Source of the DNA: Vampirovibrionaceae bacterium NZW_1234
Lineage (GTDB): Bacteria > Cyanobacteriota > Vampirovibrionia > Vampirovibrionales > JAGQHJ01
Reading direction: 5' to 3'
Length of the DNA stretch: 64,000 bases
NCBI GenBank assembly: GCA_041697335.1
Contig: JBGUGD010000001.1
Span: forward strand, 64,001 to 128,000
The notes beneath the pieces were generated by a model that saw nothing but the letters and a program-made list of their open reading frames with translations, was not told the DNA's origin and did no database searches. A program made the translations under genes and the position numbers. Below, in pieces: positions 19,060-28,515 of the stretch. Within the stretch, counting starts at the first letter, position 1. Each line of letters opens with the position of its first letter.

Positions 19060-19647
19060 CTAGCTCAGCTTGCGTAAGGGCAATAAGTTGTTTTCCTGGG
19101 CTACGGGCTCGCAGTGGCTTGCACCATAGCGAGCCGGATTCTGGTTGCGTTGCCATTCAAAGGCACTTCCTTTGAAGGCCCGTCGGGTTCCACGGAACTC
19201 AGTTTTGCGGATGACTTCGGCTTCAAATATATCGCCGCTTTCCACATGCACTGTGGTTTTTCGGAACGGATTGAAAACGGCGGGCTCGGATGTGGGCAGG
19301 TCCGTGTAGGAGGTGGACTTCATGGCCACGGCATACATGAGTTCGTATGCTTCAATGTGGTCCTTTTTAACCATTTTGGTGCCCTCCAAGCCACAGTGAC
19401 GACAGAACTGTTGTACGGGCTTTATGTGGCCGGTCAGTGTTTGTTTTGGAACACGTCGAGCATTGCATCCTCGGCAGTGAAGAAATACCCATTCGATTTT
19501 CACGCCATACCCACAATCGGGGCAATAGGTTGGGGCTTGTAATAAATTAACATGCGGGTGTGGACATTCCCCTTTTCCGAAAAGCACCTGAAAAAACGCT
19601 TGAAATGCCTTAGCTAGGGTCACTAGGCTGCTCCCTTCTCTTCTCAT
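19060..19647 (-). CDS. Hypothetical zinc-ribbon protein (CxH, CPDCG, CxxC, CxxC)
   Basis: Cys motif pattern; paralog at 48525-48941; TATAAT 6 nt before ATG 19647. Confidence 0.75.
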   Translation of the reverse strand: MRREGSSLVTLAKAFQAFFQVLFGKGECPHPHVNLLQAPTYCPDCGYGVKIEWVFLHCRGCNARRVPKQTLTGHIKPVQQFCRHCGLEGTKMVKKDHIEAYELMYAVAMKSTSYTDLPTSEPAVFNPFRKTTVHVESGDIFEAEVIRKTEFRGTRRAFKGSAFEWQRNQNPARYGASHCEPVAQENNLLPLRKLS

Positions 19648-19874
19648 ATTTGTATTATAGAGCGATCTGTCCATGTTTCATCCACCACATGAAGGGGCTG
19701 TGTATGTGTCACATTGCTTGATTCTGCGCACGTTTAACCGCCCTATCCCCTCGTCCAATTGTTTTTTGAGCTATAGCGATTTTAACACTTTGTGCATATT
19801 CAGGGAATATATTTTGTCAAAAATGTAACGACCAGCTACTGATCCGGGAAAGAGCCTCAAGAATATTCTTTGTA

Positions 19875-20567
19875 TTACTCGGTCTCCAGGATCTGTTGGA
19901 GGAATCGGGTAGTATTTTGGGCGGCTCGAATACATTTGGTCGGAAGAAAATGTGTCAGGCGCCATTCTTTTGCGTCGAGGAGATTGCCTGTCTGTGTGTC
20001 CAGAACAATCTCATGGCGGTACCGGGGTGAGCCTTCCGGATAAAAACACAGGGAAAGTTGATGGATTTCAGGCGCATACTTGGCCTCATTGCCCTCAAGG
20101 TTCAGGGCTTTCGCAGAGTCTTCTTGGAATTTTGTGTCGAGTACTTTAGCAATGAGAGCCGGGCTGACAACGGCATGATGAGTTTCGAAGGCTTTTTTAA
20201 GGGTGCAGACATCCCCAGCCATTTCGCCGTATGCGGGATGACTTGTCGGTAGCTGACTTTCTTGACCCTGTGGACCTTTGACAAAGATGTCTTGTGTGAG
20301 TTGCCACTCAGCACCGAAGCCTGCCTTGCAGAGTTGATGATCGTTGGCATTGGACAAGGGCGTCATAACTTCGCCATACCCAAGTGGACCTTCCGCGTGG
20401 ATGTAGAGAAAGGCTCGGTGATGACCCAGGCTGGGATGGAGACGAACCGGGCGGGCGGTATAGGTCACCTTATGACCCATGGCCTCGTTGCTACCGGAGG
20501 CTTTAAGCAAACCGCCTTTGAGGAGGTTGATGGTCTCTATTTTCCCAAACCGAATACTGCTAAACAC
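19875..20567 (-). CDS. Hypothetical protein with N-terminal IRFGKI motif
   Basis: 230 aa ORF, no recognisable domain. Confidence 0.65.
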   Translation of the reverse strand: MFSSIRFGKIETINLLKGGLLKASGSNEAMGHKVTYTARPVRLHPSLGHHRAFLYIHAEGPLGYGEVMTPLSNANDHQLCKAGFGAEWQLTQDIFVKGPQGQESQLPTSHPAYGEMAGDVCTLKKAFETHHAVVSPALIAKVLDTKFQEDSAKALNLEGNEAKYAPEIHQLSLCFYPEGSPRYRHEIVLDTQTGNLLDAKEWRLTHFLPTKCIRAAQNTTRFLQQILETE

Positions 20568-20777
20568 GAGTCTTACCTGAGATTAAGATGGCTTTATTAT
20601 GATGAGGCGAATACATTCTTGATGCAAGCAGATGGTTATGGGTGGCTATCCCAGATCTAAATGAGCTTTGCAGCGCAAAATAAAGTTTGACAGCGCTTCG
20701 TCGAAGCCGAGACTAAAGGATGGCATGACGCGGATGTTTCTTGTGACCTCATTTCGGAATGAAAACCTGAGGACCGG

Positions 20778-22724
20778 GTGATGGGTGGATTTGCCGGAAT
20801 TGTATGCAAAGACTTTCTTTCGGAAGAAGGCGCATCCAAAATTGTACACAGGATGCTAAAAACATTGGTGCATCGCGGCCCTGAGTGGCAAGGCACAGCT
20901 TTTATTCCTTATGGTGGTTTCGGGCATCAACGCCTCAGTATTCATGACCCCCGAGGTGGGCATCAGCCGATGCACCACCCTATGAAGCCTTATGTGCTGG
21001 TGTTTGACGGAGAAATTTATAATTTCCAGTCGCTTCGGGAAAAATTAATGGCTAAAGGGCTTGAGTTTCACACCCGAAGCGATACCGAAGTTCTGCTGAT
21101 GATGTATGACCATTATGATGTGGACATGTTTACCTACCTGGAAGGTATGTATTCTTTTGCCTTGTGGGACGGCATTAAGAAAGAACTGCTTCTGGCACGG
21201 GATCCGTTGGGCCAAAAACCTTTGTATTATGAGATGGACTCCCATGGGATTGCCTTTGCTTCGGAACTCAAGGCGATTCTAAAAGCTCGTGAAACCAAGC
21301 CGGCGTTGAACCCTGTGGCGCTCCAAAGTTATCTTGCGCTGCAGTACACACCTTCTCCAATGACCTTGTTTGACGACATCTATAAACTCCCACCGGGCTA
21401 TATGCTGCGTTGGGCCATTGAGACGGGTGACTTGCAGGTTGACCCTATCTGGATCCCCGATGCCGAAATCTCCAAGGCGTTGACCCGCAATAAAGGCATA
21501 TCCATGGAGGACGCTTTAAAGGCCTTTGATCTCCAACTGCGCCAGGCTTTTGAGCGTCAGGTGGGCACCCTCGACATGCCCCTGAATTTGATGCTCAACG
21601 ATGGTCCTGGTTCTCGTATCCTCGCCGCATTGACTCGGGAATATACCAAGCATCCGGTTCATACCTATACGGCAACCTATACCCATGGGCGTGGGCAATG
21701 CCGGGTTGCCGATTCGGTGCAATCCTGGGTAGGGCAAGCCGGGTACAGGCACCATCTTGTTGAGGTCGGTCCAGAGACACTGGAGCAACTGCCGCATATT
21801 TTGTGGCATATGGATGAGCCGGTGGCAGATCCGAATTTATTGGCGCTTCATACGTTGGCTCGGGTTGCATCCGATCACTCGAAGGTAACCTTGACAGGTC
21901 ATGGTACCGCGCAGTTGTTTGGCAGTTTGCCTAAGTACAGTGCGTATCAAAATCTAAAGCCGTTTTATGCCCTACCCTCTATACTACGCAAATCCTTCTC
22001 GATTGCCTTAGGCGGAGCGCCCTTGTTTTTTCTGGGGTGGGATTCGTCTCAGTTGCTACAGGGGGTATTAAATAACTCCGATCCTTTAGCCATCTGGCAT
22101 ACGTATACGAATTTCCCCGAATATGAACGCCGTAAGATGCTGGCCCAAGGGCTGGCCTTTCCGGATAAACAAGTTCGGGTCTTTTCCACGGTGGGATTTG
22201 ACCCATTTGTCCAGTTGCAGTGGGATGACTTGCAGCATTTGTTGCCCCACAGCGTTCTCTTAGGCTTGGATAAGGTGTTTATGGCTGCCAATCAGGAAGT
22301 TCGACTGCCCTTTTTGGATCTGCAACTGCTGGCCTGGTCTATTGGACTACCCTATGGGTTTAAATGGAAGGGGCGGCAGAGCAAATACTTGCTCCGAGAG
22401 TACATTCGGAGGCGTTATCCGTCTTACAGCAATGGTATCCCTCAGAATGCTCAGGCCATTTCATCTCCTCCTTTGGATGATTGGCTTTATGCGCGCCTGG
22501 ATGCTTTGGAAAAAAGTCTTCTGGAGAGTGCTTTATTCGAGGAAACTCATTTCTTTTCCCGCCCCTATATCCATAAATTATTTCAGCGTTATGCTGCCGG
22601 AACATTGCGTTCCGCAAATCCGATCTGGACTCTGATTGTACTAAAGACCTGGTACGATGCATTTTTCAAGTGTGACACCAAGGAGGGGCTTTGGGAGCTT
22701 CAGACTTTAGGTCGCGTTTATTAA
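20778..22724 (+). CDS. AsnB-like (class II glutamine amidotransferase + Asn synthetase) protein with degenerate active sites
   Basis: HRGP, GHQRLSI, GEIYN, SDTEVL, ARD.LG.KPLYY, FASELKA, EVRLPFLD; catalytic motifs altered. Confidence 0.85.
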   Translation: MMGGFAGIVCKDFLSEEGASKIVHRMLKTLVHRGPEWQGTAFIPYGGFGHQRLSIHDPRGGHQPMHHPMKPYVLVFDGEIYNFQSLREKLMAKGLEFHTRSDTEVLLMMYDHYDVDMFTYLEGMYSFALWDGIKKELLLARDPLGQKPLYYEMDSHGIAFASELKAILKARETKPALNPVALQSYLALQYTPSPMTLFDDIYKLPPGYMLRWAIETGDLQVDPIWIPDAEISKALTRNKGISMEDALKAFDLQLRQAFERQVGTLDMPLNLMLNDGPGSRILAALTREYTKHPVHTYTATYTHGRGQCRVADSVQSWVGQAGYRHHLVEVGPETLEQLPHILWHMDEPVADPNLLALHTLARVASDHSKVTLTGHGTAQLFGSLPKYSAYQNLKPFYALPSILRKSFSIALGGAPLFFLGWDSSQLLQGVLNNSDPLAIWHTYTNFPEYERRKMLAQGLAFPDKQVRVFSTVGFDPFVQLQWDDLQHLLPHSVLLGLDKVFMAANQEVRLPFLDLQLLAWSIGLPYGFKWKGRQSKYLLREYIRRRYPSYSNGIPQNAQAISSPPLDDWLYARLDALEKSLLESALFEETHFFSRPYIHKLFQRYAAGTLRSANPIWTLIVLKTWYDAFFKCDTKEGLWELQTLGRVY

Positions 22725-22924
22725 TCGGCAGAGCGAGCGGCTGCCAAACTACTTTTGTTGTAGCAGTGGAAATATTACTTCATTAAACCTGTCAGATTCT
22801 TATGGGAAGTGGGTTTTGCAAAAAGAATGTAACGATTTGGTGACTATGACTTTGAATTGTTCTTGTCTGTGGCTATTATCATTAATAGCAACCGTTTCGG
22901 CTGGATAAAAGAGGAATCACGACC

Positions 22925-23644
22925 ATGCAAGCGTTACAAGAGAAGGTGGTATCTGTTCTCGATCATGGGTTTGTAGAGCTGGTAGGGGCTCTGGGGGATG
23001 ACTTAACGGTCGTAAATGCAGCTCGTGTGTCTTTTGGAAAGCGCAAAACCGAACTTTCCGATGGGGATAAAAAGCTGATCCGCTATCTGGCAGAGCATCA
23101 GCATTGGAGTCCCTTTCGGCATGTTCAACTGCAGTTTCACTGTAAAGTTCCCGAGTTTGTGGCGCGCCAGTGGTATAAGCACGTTGTGGGCATTGCCTAT
23201 TCCGAAGTGCCCACGGTGGATCACGCATGGAACGAAATCAGCCTTCGCTATGTGGATGCCTCTCAGTTTGAGTACTATACCCCTCAGGGGTTTCGTAAGC
23301 AATCTGAGGACAACAAGCAGGCTTCTACGGATGATATTCTGGAGGACGCGGGTGATACCCTACGCTTGCGCTATCAGGCTCATTCGAAGGCCGCCTTCGA
23401 ACTTTATGAAGAAATGATCGTGGCCGGTGTTGCCAAAGAACAAGCCCGCGGGGTGTTGCCCTTGAATATCTATACTGAATTCTATTGGACAGCGTCCCTA
23501 CAGGCTGTGGTGAATTTTATCAAACTACGACAGCATCCCGGTGCTCAGTTTGAAATTCGCGAATACGCCAACGCCATCCAAGACTTAACGAAGTTGGTGG
23601 TTCCTACCTCTTTCGAGGCTTTGCTGGGAGTCGACAGCCACTAA
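22925..23644 (+). CDS. thyX: Flavin-dependent thymidylate synthase
   Basis: VNAARVSF, H.SPF, ARQW.KH, NEISLRY, EQARGVLP, HPGAQFEIR. Confidence 0.92.
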   Translation: MQALQEKVVSVLDHGFVELVGALGDDLTVVNAARVSFGKRKTELSDGDKKLIRYLAEHQHWSPFRHVQLQFHCKVPEFVARQWYKHVVGIAYSEVPTVDHAWNEISLRYVDASQFEYYTPQGFRKQSEDNKQASTDDILEDAGDTLRLRYQAHSKAAFELYEEMIVAGVAKEQARGVLPLNIYTEFYWTASLQAVVNFIKLRQHPGAQFEIREYANAIQDLTKLVVPTSFEALLGVDSH

Positions 23645-23806
23645 GCTTATCTTCATGGGCTTGTGCCATGGTGACGTTGCCGAATTCGGCAGCATGACTC
23701 ATGTTGAACATTTGTAAATATTTTGCAGGGAATGAGTTACATGTCTTCCCATGTATCCTCATGGGCGGTATAAACATGATCAAACTCTAACTCTCTATCC
23801 TTTGTT

Positions 23807-23840
23807 GCCCTTTAGCAGCTACTGCTAAGGGTTTTTTTTT
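23807..23840 (+). terminator. Intrinsic terminator
   Basis: ccctttagcag-ctac-tgctaaggg-type stem followed by T9. Confidence 0.8.
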
Positions 23841-23869
23841 GCTTAATTGCGCAATACATGATGCTGTCC

Positions 23870-24112
23870 ATGTCAGCGCCCCCTGCGGGCTGAAAATAAT
23901 GATCCTGTCATGTCTTTCGATGACCCGGTCTTAAAGGGTCATGAGGGACATGGGTGTGTTCTGTATTCAGGTTGGAAAAGTGCACTGGGTGTGCTGATGA
24001 CGGAACGGTCTCGTTGCAGGAGTTTACAACGAACCGGGAACTGTGATGCCCTAGACCGGCTTATGGAAAAACCGGCCTAGGGAAGAATTGTCTTATCAAG
24101 GAGGAAAGGACG
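23870..24112 (+). ncRNA. Candidate structured ncRNA (multi-hairpin, GGA-rich)
   Basis: Several consecutive stem-loops with G-U pairs that work only on + strand; no ORF. Confidence 0.4.
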
Positions 24113-24118
24113 ACTATT

Positions 24119-24502
24119 TCAGGAACCCCAAACAAGTCGAGTGAGACTCATACCGGCCCAGACGGCCAGTAATCCAATACTGATGGAAGAAAGAATATAA
24201 ATTAAGGCTGAACCCAAGGACACTGAACCTGCCAAAGAATATGCTTCCAATCCAAATGCGGAAAATGTGGTGAACCCTCCGAGAATTCCCGTCATGAAAA
24301 AAAGACGCAAATCTTCTGGAATGGGAACGTTGCGGAATAGTTCACTCAATAAGCCAATAAAAAAGCATCCAATGAGGTTAACGCCAAGAGTGCCAAATGG
24401 AAAGGATGTGCCTAACCAGTGGCTGAGGAAAATTGTGAGCCCATAGCGTCCAAGCGTACCGAGACTACCACCCGCACCCAGCAAGAGTAGTCGGGTCAAC
24501 AT
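24119..24502 (-). CDS. crcB: Fluoride efflux channel CrcB/Fluc
   Basis: GG.LG..GRY, FPFGTL.VN..G.F, TGILGGFTTFSAF. Confidence 0.95.
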   Translation of the reverse strand: MLTRLLLLGAGGSLGTLGRYGLTIFLSHWLGTSFPFGTLGVNLIGCFFIGLLSELFRNVPIPEDLRLFFMTGILGGFTTFSAFGLEAYSLAGSVSLGSALIYILSSISIGLLAVWAGMSLTRLVWGS

Positions 24503-24507
24503 GGGAG

Positions 24508-25011
24508 CTAGCTCCGGGTATGCTTCCAAAAGGCTTCTGTGGTAAAGTCTGTGGCTTTAGGTTGCTCTGTGGCAATGGACACATGGTTGGGGGTAAAGAT
24601 AAACACACCATCGCCAATCCGTTGTTGATTGCCATCAATGGCATGGGTGGCACCGGATAGGAAATCGACAACCCGTTGTGATTGGGCAGTATCCAACAAG
24701 TGGAGGTTTAAAATAACAGATTTTTTTGCTCTCAGATGCTCAACAATTTCCAGAGATTCTTCGAAGGCTTTGGGTTCAATTACAATGACTTGGTTTGCCG
24801 TGGTTGGTTGCTGACCAGGATGATCAACAACTTTCAAACTTTTGGTGCGACGGGATACACGCTCTGTCATAGGTTCTTCCTGTATCATTTGGGTCGTCAT
24901 CGGTTGATAAACGGAACGTTCGGTTTCAAATTCCTCATCAATAGAGTACACATCATCCTCAAAATCGTCACCGGTAACCCAACTCTTAATCCGATTCACG
25001 AAGCCACTCAT
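24508..25011 (-). CDS. sepF: Cell division protein SepF
   Basis: SVILNL, QRVVDFLSGATHAIDG, FIFTP. Confidence 0.95.
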   Translation of the reverse strand: MSGFVNRIKSWVTGDDFEDDVYSIDEEFETERSVYQPMTTQMIQEEPMTERVSRRTKSLKVVDHPGQQPTTANQVIVIEPKAFEESLEIVEHLRAKKSVILNLHLLDTAQSQRVVDFLSGATHAIDGNQQRIGDGVFIFTPNHVSIATEQPKATDFTTEAFWKHTRS

Positions 25012-25090
25012 GGATATTCACAACCTCCTCGATTCTATCTATCCTTTGTTTCATTGTCATTGGGGTTTGTAGTAAGTGTGGTTTGTACGA

Positions 25091-25771
25091 TCAGGCGCCG
25101 AAAATTCGGTTGCCTATTCTAATTATTGTAGCACCACATTTCAAAGCGTGAACAAAATCTTGACTCATTCCCATAGAAAGTTCCGGAAGCCGGATCGAGT
25201 AGGTTTGTTCCAAGTGGTCTCGAATGTTTGCCAGATGTGTGAAGACATGAATGCTGGCTGCTGCATCCATTGTGTGTGGCCCCATTGTCATGAGGCCTTG
25301 GATTTCAATGCCGGATAAATTCATGAGTTTGGGGAATTCTTCGAGCAAGGACTCTCTTGAGAAGCCGGTCTTTTGTGGCTCTTGTGTCAGGTTTACCTGT
25401 AATAGTACGGGTTGTCGAGAACCGTATTTCTCATTGGCTTCTGATAGCATCAAGGCCAAGGTGAGCGAATCCATGGAGTGAATCAGGTGAATTTGATGCG
25501 TCCGGATTTTTTTGATTTTGTTTCGTTGCACGTGTCCTAAAAAATGCCATCGACTGTTTTGGGCAACTGTGGGTGGAAGTGCGGAAAGTTTCGCTTCAAA
25601 ATCCTGGACTTTATTTTCGCCAAAATCTCGGATACCAGCCTCATAGGCTTCACAAATCTGATCAAGAGTCGCGTACTTGCTCACGGCAACCAGGCGAACA
25701 TTTTGTCCGCCGGAACGGTGCTGGTCCAGTATGGTTTGTAGTTCCTGAATGCGTTGGGTAACCGTGCTCAT
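25091..25771 (-). CDS. yggS: PLP homeostasis protein YggS
   Basis: VAVSK, FGENKVQ, WHFLG.VQ.NK, GLMTM, ELSMGMS.D, IRIG. Confidence 0.95.
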   Translation of the reverse strand: MSTVTQRIQELQTILDQHRSGGQNVRLVAVSKYATLDQICEAYEAGIRDFGENKVQDFEAKLSALPPTVAQNSRWHFLGHVQRNKIKKIRTHQIHLIHSMDSLTLALMLSEANEKYGSRQPVLLQVNLTQEPQKTGFSRESLLEEFPKLMNLSGIEIQGLMTMGPHTMDAAASIHVFTHLANIRDHLEQTYSIRLPELSMGMSQDFVHALKCGATIIRIGNRIFGA

Positions 25772-25784
25772 TTTGAAGGGGGAA

Positions 25785-26105
25785 TTACAAGGTAGGGAGC
25801 ACAGATGATTTTTTAACCAGAAGCAGAACAAACATCACAGCACTCAAGGTCAGCATCAGACCCGAAGGCATAAACGCATGGGTTTTCAGCAAGCGCATCA
25901 CAAAGACGATGGTTAAAATCCCAGAAAGCCCTAGTAAACCATAATAGCCGAACATTTTGCCTTTTAACAGGGCAAAGGCACTGAGCAATATGAGGAGGCC
26001 GGATACACTGCCACTGATCAACGATGCCGTACTGCCTTTCGTTAAGTAGCCGATAACCCCACCAATCAGGGTTAGAATGCCATAAGCAAAAGCAATGTAA
26101 ACCAT
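25785..26105 (-). CDS. TMEM14 family small membrane protein
   Basis: YG.L...GG.IGY..KGS..SLISG, FMPSGL. Confidence 0.85.
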   Translation of the reverse strand: MVYIAFAYGILTLIGGVIGYLTKGSTASLISGSVSGLLILLSAFALLKGKMFGYYGLLGLSGILTIVFVMRLLKTHAFMPSGLMLTLSAVMFVLLLVKKSSVLPTL

Positions 26106-26218
26106 CGGATTGTCCTTTCTATTGAGACCCTTGTGACTGTTCAGTATAATGCCAAGGAGTCCTTAATAATGAGGATAGCAAAAAGGTCCTGCATGACAAA
26201 GGAGGCTTTGGCCCTAGG

Positions 26219-27451
26219 ATGCAAGTTGATAAACGCGTGTTTTGGATTATCTTTTTTGTGGTTTTTATTGATCTCATTGGCTTTGGTATTGTGTTTCCCC
26301 TACTCCCTCTGTATACCCGGCACTTTCAGCTCAATGGGTTTCAGATTGGCTTAATTCTGGGGATCTATTCTTTAATGCAGTTTATCTTTGCTCCCATTCT
26401 GGGGCGATGGTCTGATCGGATTGGACGGCGACCTGTTCTGCTGATTTCCTTGTTAGGTACAGCGGCTTCTTTTTTCCTCCTGGCGTGGGCGAATAGTTTT
26501 TGGTTGTTCTTTTTGGCTCGTGCGCTGGATGGGATTGCCGGAAGTAACCTGTCGACAGCTCAGGCCTATATTGCAGACATTTCTCCCAAGGAACAGAGAA
26601 CTCGCAACATGGGCATGTGGATTGGAGCGGCATTTGGATTAGGGTTCGCATTTGGTCCATTTTTTGGCGGTGCCTTGCATTGGATTGGCTTGCATCTGGT
26701 TCCTTCGTTTGCCTTAGGCTTCCCGTTCTTCGTGGCGGGGATTATTACGTTGCTGAATGCATTAATGGCCTTCTTCCTCTTGCCGGAGTCGTTAAAAGTC
26801 CGAGATTCGGAGCACTTGATTGGGCGTCGTACGTTTTCCTGGTTTACTATTCAAGGGCGCTTGTCAGGTGCGGTGGGTGGGCTTATTGTAACCTATGCCA
26901 GCGTTATTTTTGCCTTTGCCTTAATGGAGGCCACCTACACATGGTTGTCTAAAGATCGGTATGGTTTAACGCCGGCTCAGATTTATGCCATGTTTGGCTA
27001 CCTGGGTATCGTGATGGCCTTTGTTCAAGGTGGACTAGTCCGCCGTTTGGCACCCCGTTTGGGGGACAAAAACCTGGCCCTGCTCGGTGGGTTTTTATTG
27101 ATGATCGGTTTGGCTTCATTGCCTTTTGGTTCCTCTTTACCGTGGTTGATGGTGGCTTCGGGGTTAATGGCGGCTGGTGAAGGCTTTTCCAATACGGCCT
27201 TGATGGCCAGTATTTCGAAAGGATCTCACGAGACCATTCAAGGGGAAACAATGGGGGTTACTCAATCTCTGGCCAGTTTGTCCCGCTTTGGTGGTCCCGT
27301 TCTTGCTGGGTATTTATACCAGCACTACGGTGCGACCTCGCCTTACGTAACCGGGGCTGTCGTTGTTTTGGTCTCTCTGGGGCTTTGTGTCATGGGTTTT
27401 AAACGTCTGGTTGTTCTGGATGACTCTCCAACTAAAGCCTTATCCACATAA
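26219..27451 (+). CDS. MFS transporter (TetA/DHA1-like)
   Basis: D.IGFGIVFPLLP, G.WSDRIGRRPVLL, QAYIAD, LPES. Confidence 0.92.
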   Translation: MQVDKRVFWIIFFVVFIDLIGFGIVFPLLPLYTRHFQLNGFQIGLILGIYSLMQFIFAPILGRWSDRIGRRPVLLISLLGTAASFFLLAWANSFWLFFLARALDGIAGSNLSTAQAYIADISPKEQRTRNMGMWIGAAFGLGFAFGPFFGGALHWIGLHLVPSFALGFPFFVAGIITLLNALMAFFLLPESLKVRDSEHLIGRRTFSWFTIQGRLSGAVGGLIVTYASVIFAFALMEATYTWLSKDRYGLTPAQIYAMFGYLGIVMAFVQGGLVRRLAPRLGDKNLALLGGFLLMIGLASLPFGSSLPWLMVASGLMAAGEGFSNTALMASISKGSHETIQGETMGVTQSLASLSRFGGPVLAGYLYQHYGATSPYVTGAVVVLVSLGLCVMGFKRLVVLDDSPTKALST

Positions 27452-27644
27452 CGAGGTCGATACCAGTCTGAGTGTATCAATGCCCTCTTTGTTCAACATC
27501 TTGTTGATGCGAGGAGGGCATTTTGCATTGTTGCCTTACCTCTGACGTCGACTTTGAGTAGGATGTGTTCTGTGGCTTAGCGCTAGGGGCAGAGTATTCA
27601 TCTTGAGAATTGAGATTAATGTGGAGCTTTGTGCGAGAAACGGC

Positions 27645-27677
27645 AAAAAGCCCCCTCTCTTTCGAGAGGGGGCTTTT
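27645..27677. terminator. Bidirectional intrinsic terminator
   Basis: aaaagccccctctc-tttc-gagagggggctttt between convergent genes. Confidence 0.85.
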
Positions 27678-27699
27678 CAAAGGTGTAGGACAATGTGGC

Positions 27700-28515
27700 C
27701 TAGGGTTTGTAGAGTTTGTAGGGGCGGCCAATTGCATCTTTAATTTGATCGTATTTTAACGGGGACTCGCTCAGCAATTTGCTGACACCGGTGGTGATGG
27801 AGCTTTCGTTCAAGTCCTTATGTTTATTCATAATCCACTCGGTAACGTCTTTGCTCCGGAAAGGCTTGCCTGCTTTTACCAATGCATCAATCCCTTCCTG
27901 AATCAAAGGGGTCAATTTACTGGGCTGACGACCTGTACTGGCGGTCTTTTTCACGGCGCTGGCAGAAACTTTTTTGGTTGCTCCTGCTTTGGTTACCGGC
28001 TTTTTAACAGCAGGTTTACTGGCTGCGGGTTTTTTGGCTGCTGTTTTAGTGGCTTTAACTGCTTTTACGGCTTTGGCAGGTTTTGTGTTTTTAGCCGGTT
28101 TGGCAGATTTAGCAGGTTTAGCTGCTTTTACAACAGGCTTTTTCGGTGTTGCTTTTTTCGTAGCGGTTTTAGCAACGGCTTTTTTTGCAGTTGCTTTAGT
28201 CACGGGTTTCTTTGCAGCAGTTTTTTTGGTCACGGTTTTTTTGGCAGCAGCTTTAGCAACCGGTTTTTTTGCTGCAGGCTTTTTGGCAGCCGTTTTTTTA
28301 GTAGCAGACTTGGGGGTAGTTGTTTTCTTGGTGGAAGCTTTCTTAGCCGGGGTGGCTACAGCAGCCGATGCTTTTCGGGTCGTTGTGGTGGATGCTTTTT
28401 CTGAAGCACCAGTTTGTTTGCGAGCTTTGGAGAGAGCTTGTTCCAATCGGACGTTTTCTAGAAAACGAGCTAATTCTTCATCCGTATCGCACGTCACGGA
28501 AAATGTAATGGGCAT
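27700..28515 (-). CDS. Histone H1-like Lys/Ala-rich protein with C-terminal winged-helix-like domain
   Basis: KKPAAK/KKTAAK/AKPAK repeats; AAGGAG RBS; globular C-terminal about 75 aa. Confidence 0.8.
   Translation of the reverse strand: MPITFSVTCDTDEELARFLENVRLEQALSKARKQTGASEKASTTTTRKASAAVATPAKKASTKKTTTPKSATKKTAAKKPAAKKPVAKAAAKKTVTKKTAAKKPVTKATAKKAVAKTATKKATPKKPVVKAAKPAKSAKPAKNTKPAKAVKAVKATKTAAKKPAASKPAVKKPVTKAGATKKVSASAVKKTASTGRQPSKLTPLIQEGIDALVKAGKPFRSKDVTEWIMNKHKDLNESSITTGVSKLLSESPLKYDQIKDAIGRPYKLYKP

Noticed and set aside
20778..22724. Lasso peptide cyclase
   Set aside because: ATP-binding SGGxDS loop absent; no B protein, RRE or precursor adjacent
23990..24050. Hammerhead (CTGATGA) or cobalamin riboswitch (AACTGTGA) resemblance
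   Set aside because: No GAAA core after stem II; no B12 box, T-loop or downstream same-strand gene
24596..24616. Fluoride riboswitch-like GGCGATGGTGT upstream of crcB
   Set aside because: Lies inside sepF codons (GDGV) and lacks the pairing partner and downstream conserved elements
27441..27449. DnaA box TTATCCACA
   Set aside because: Single copy at the end of a coding sequence; no cluster or dnaA nearby
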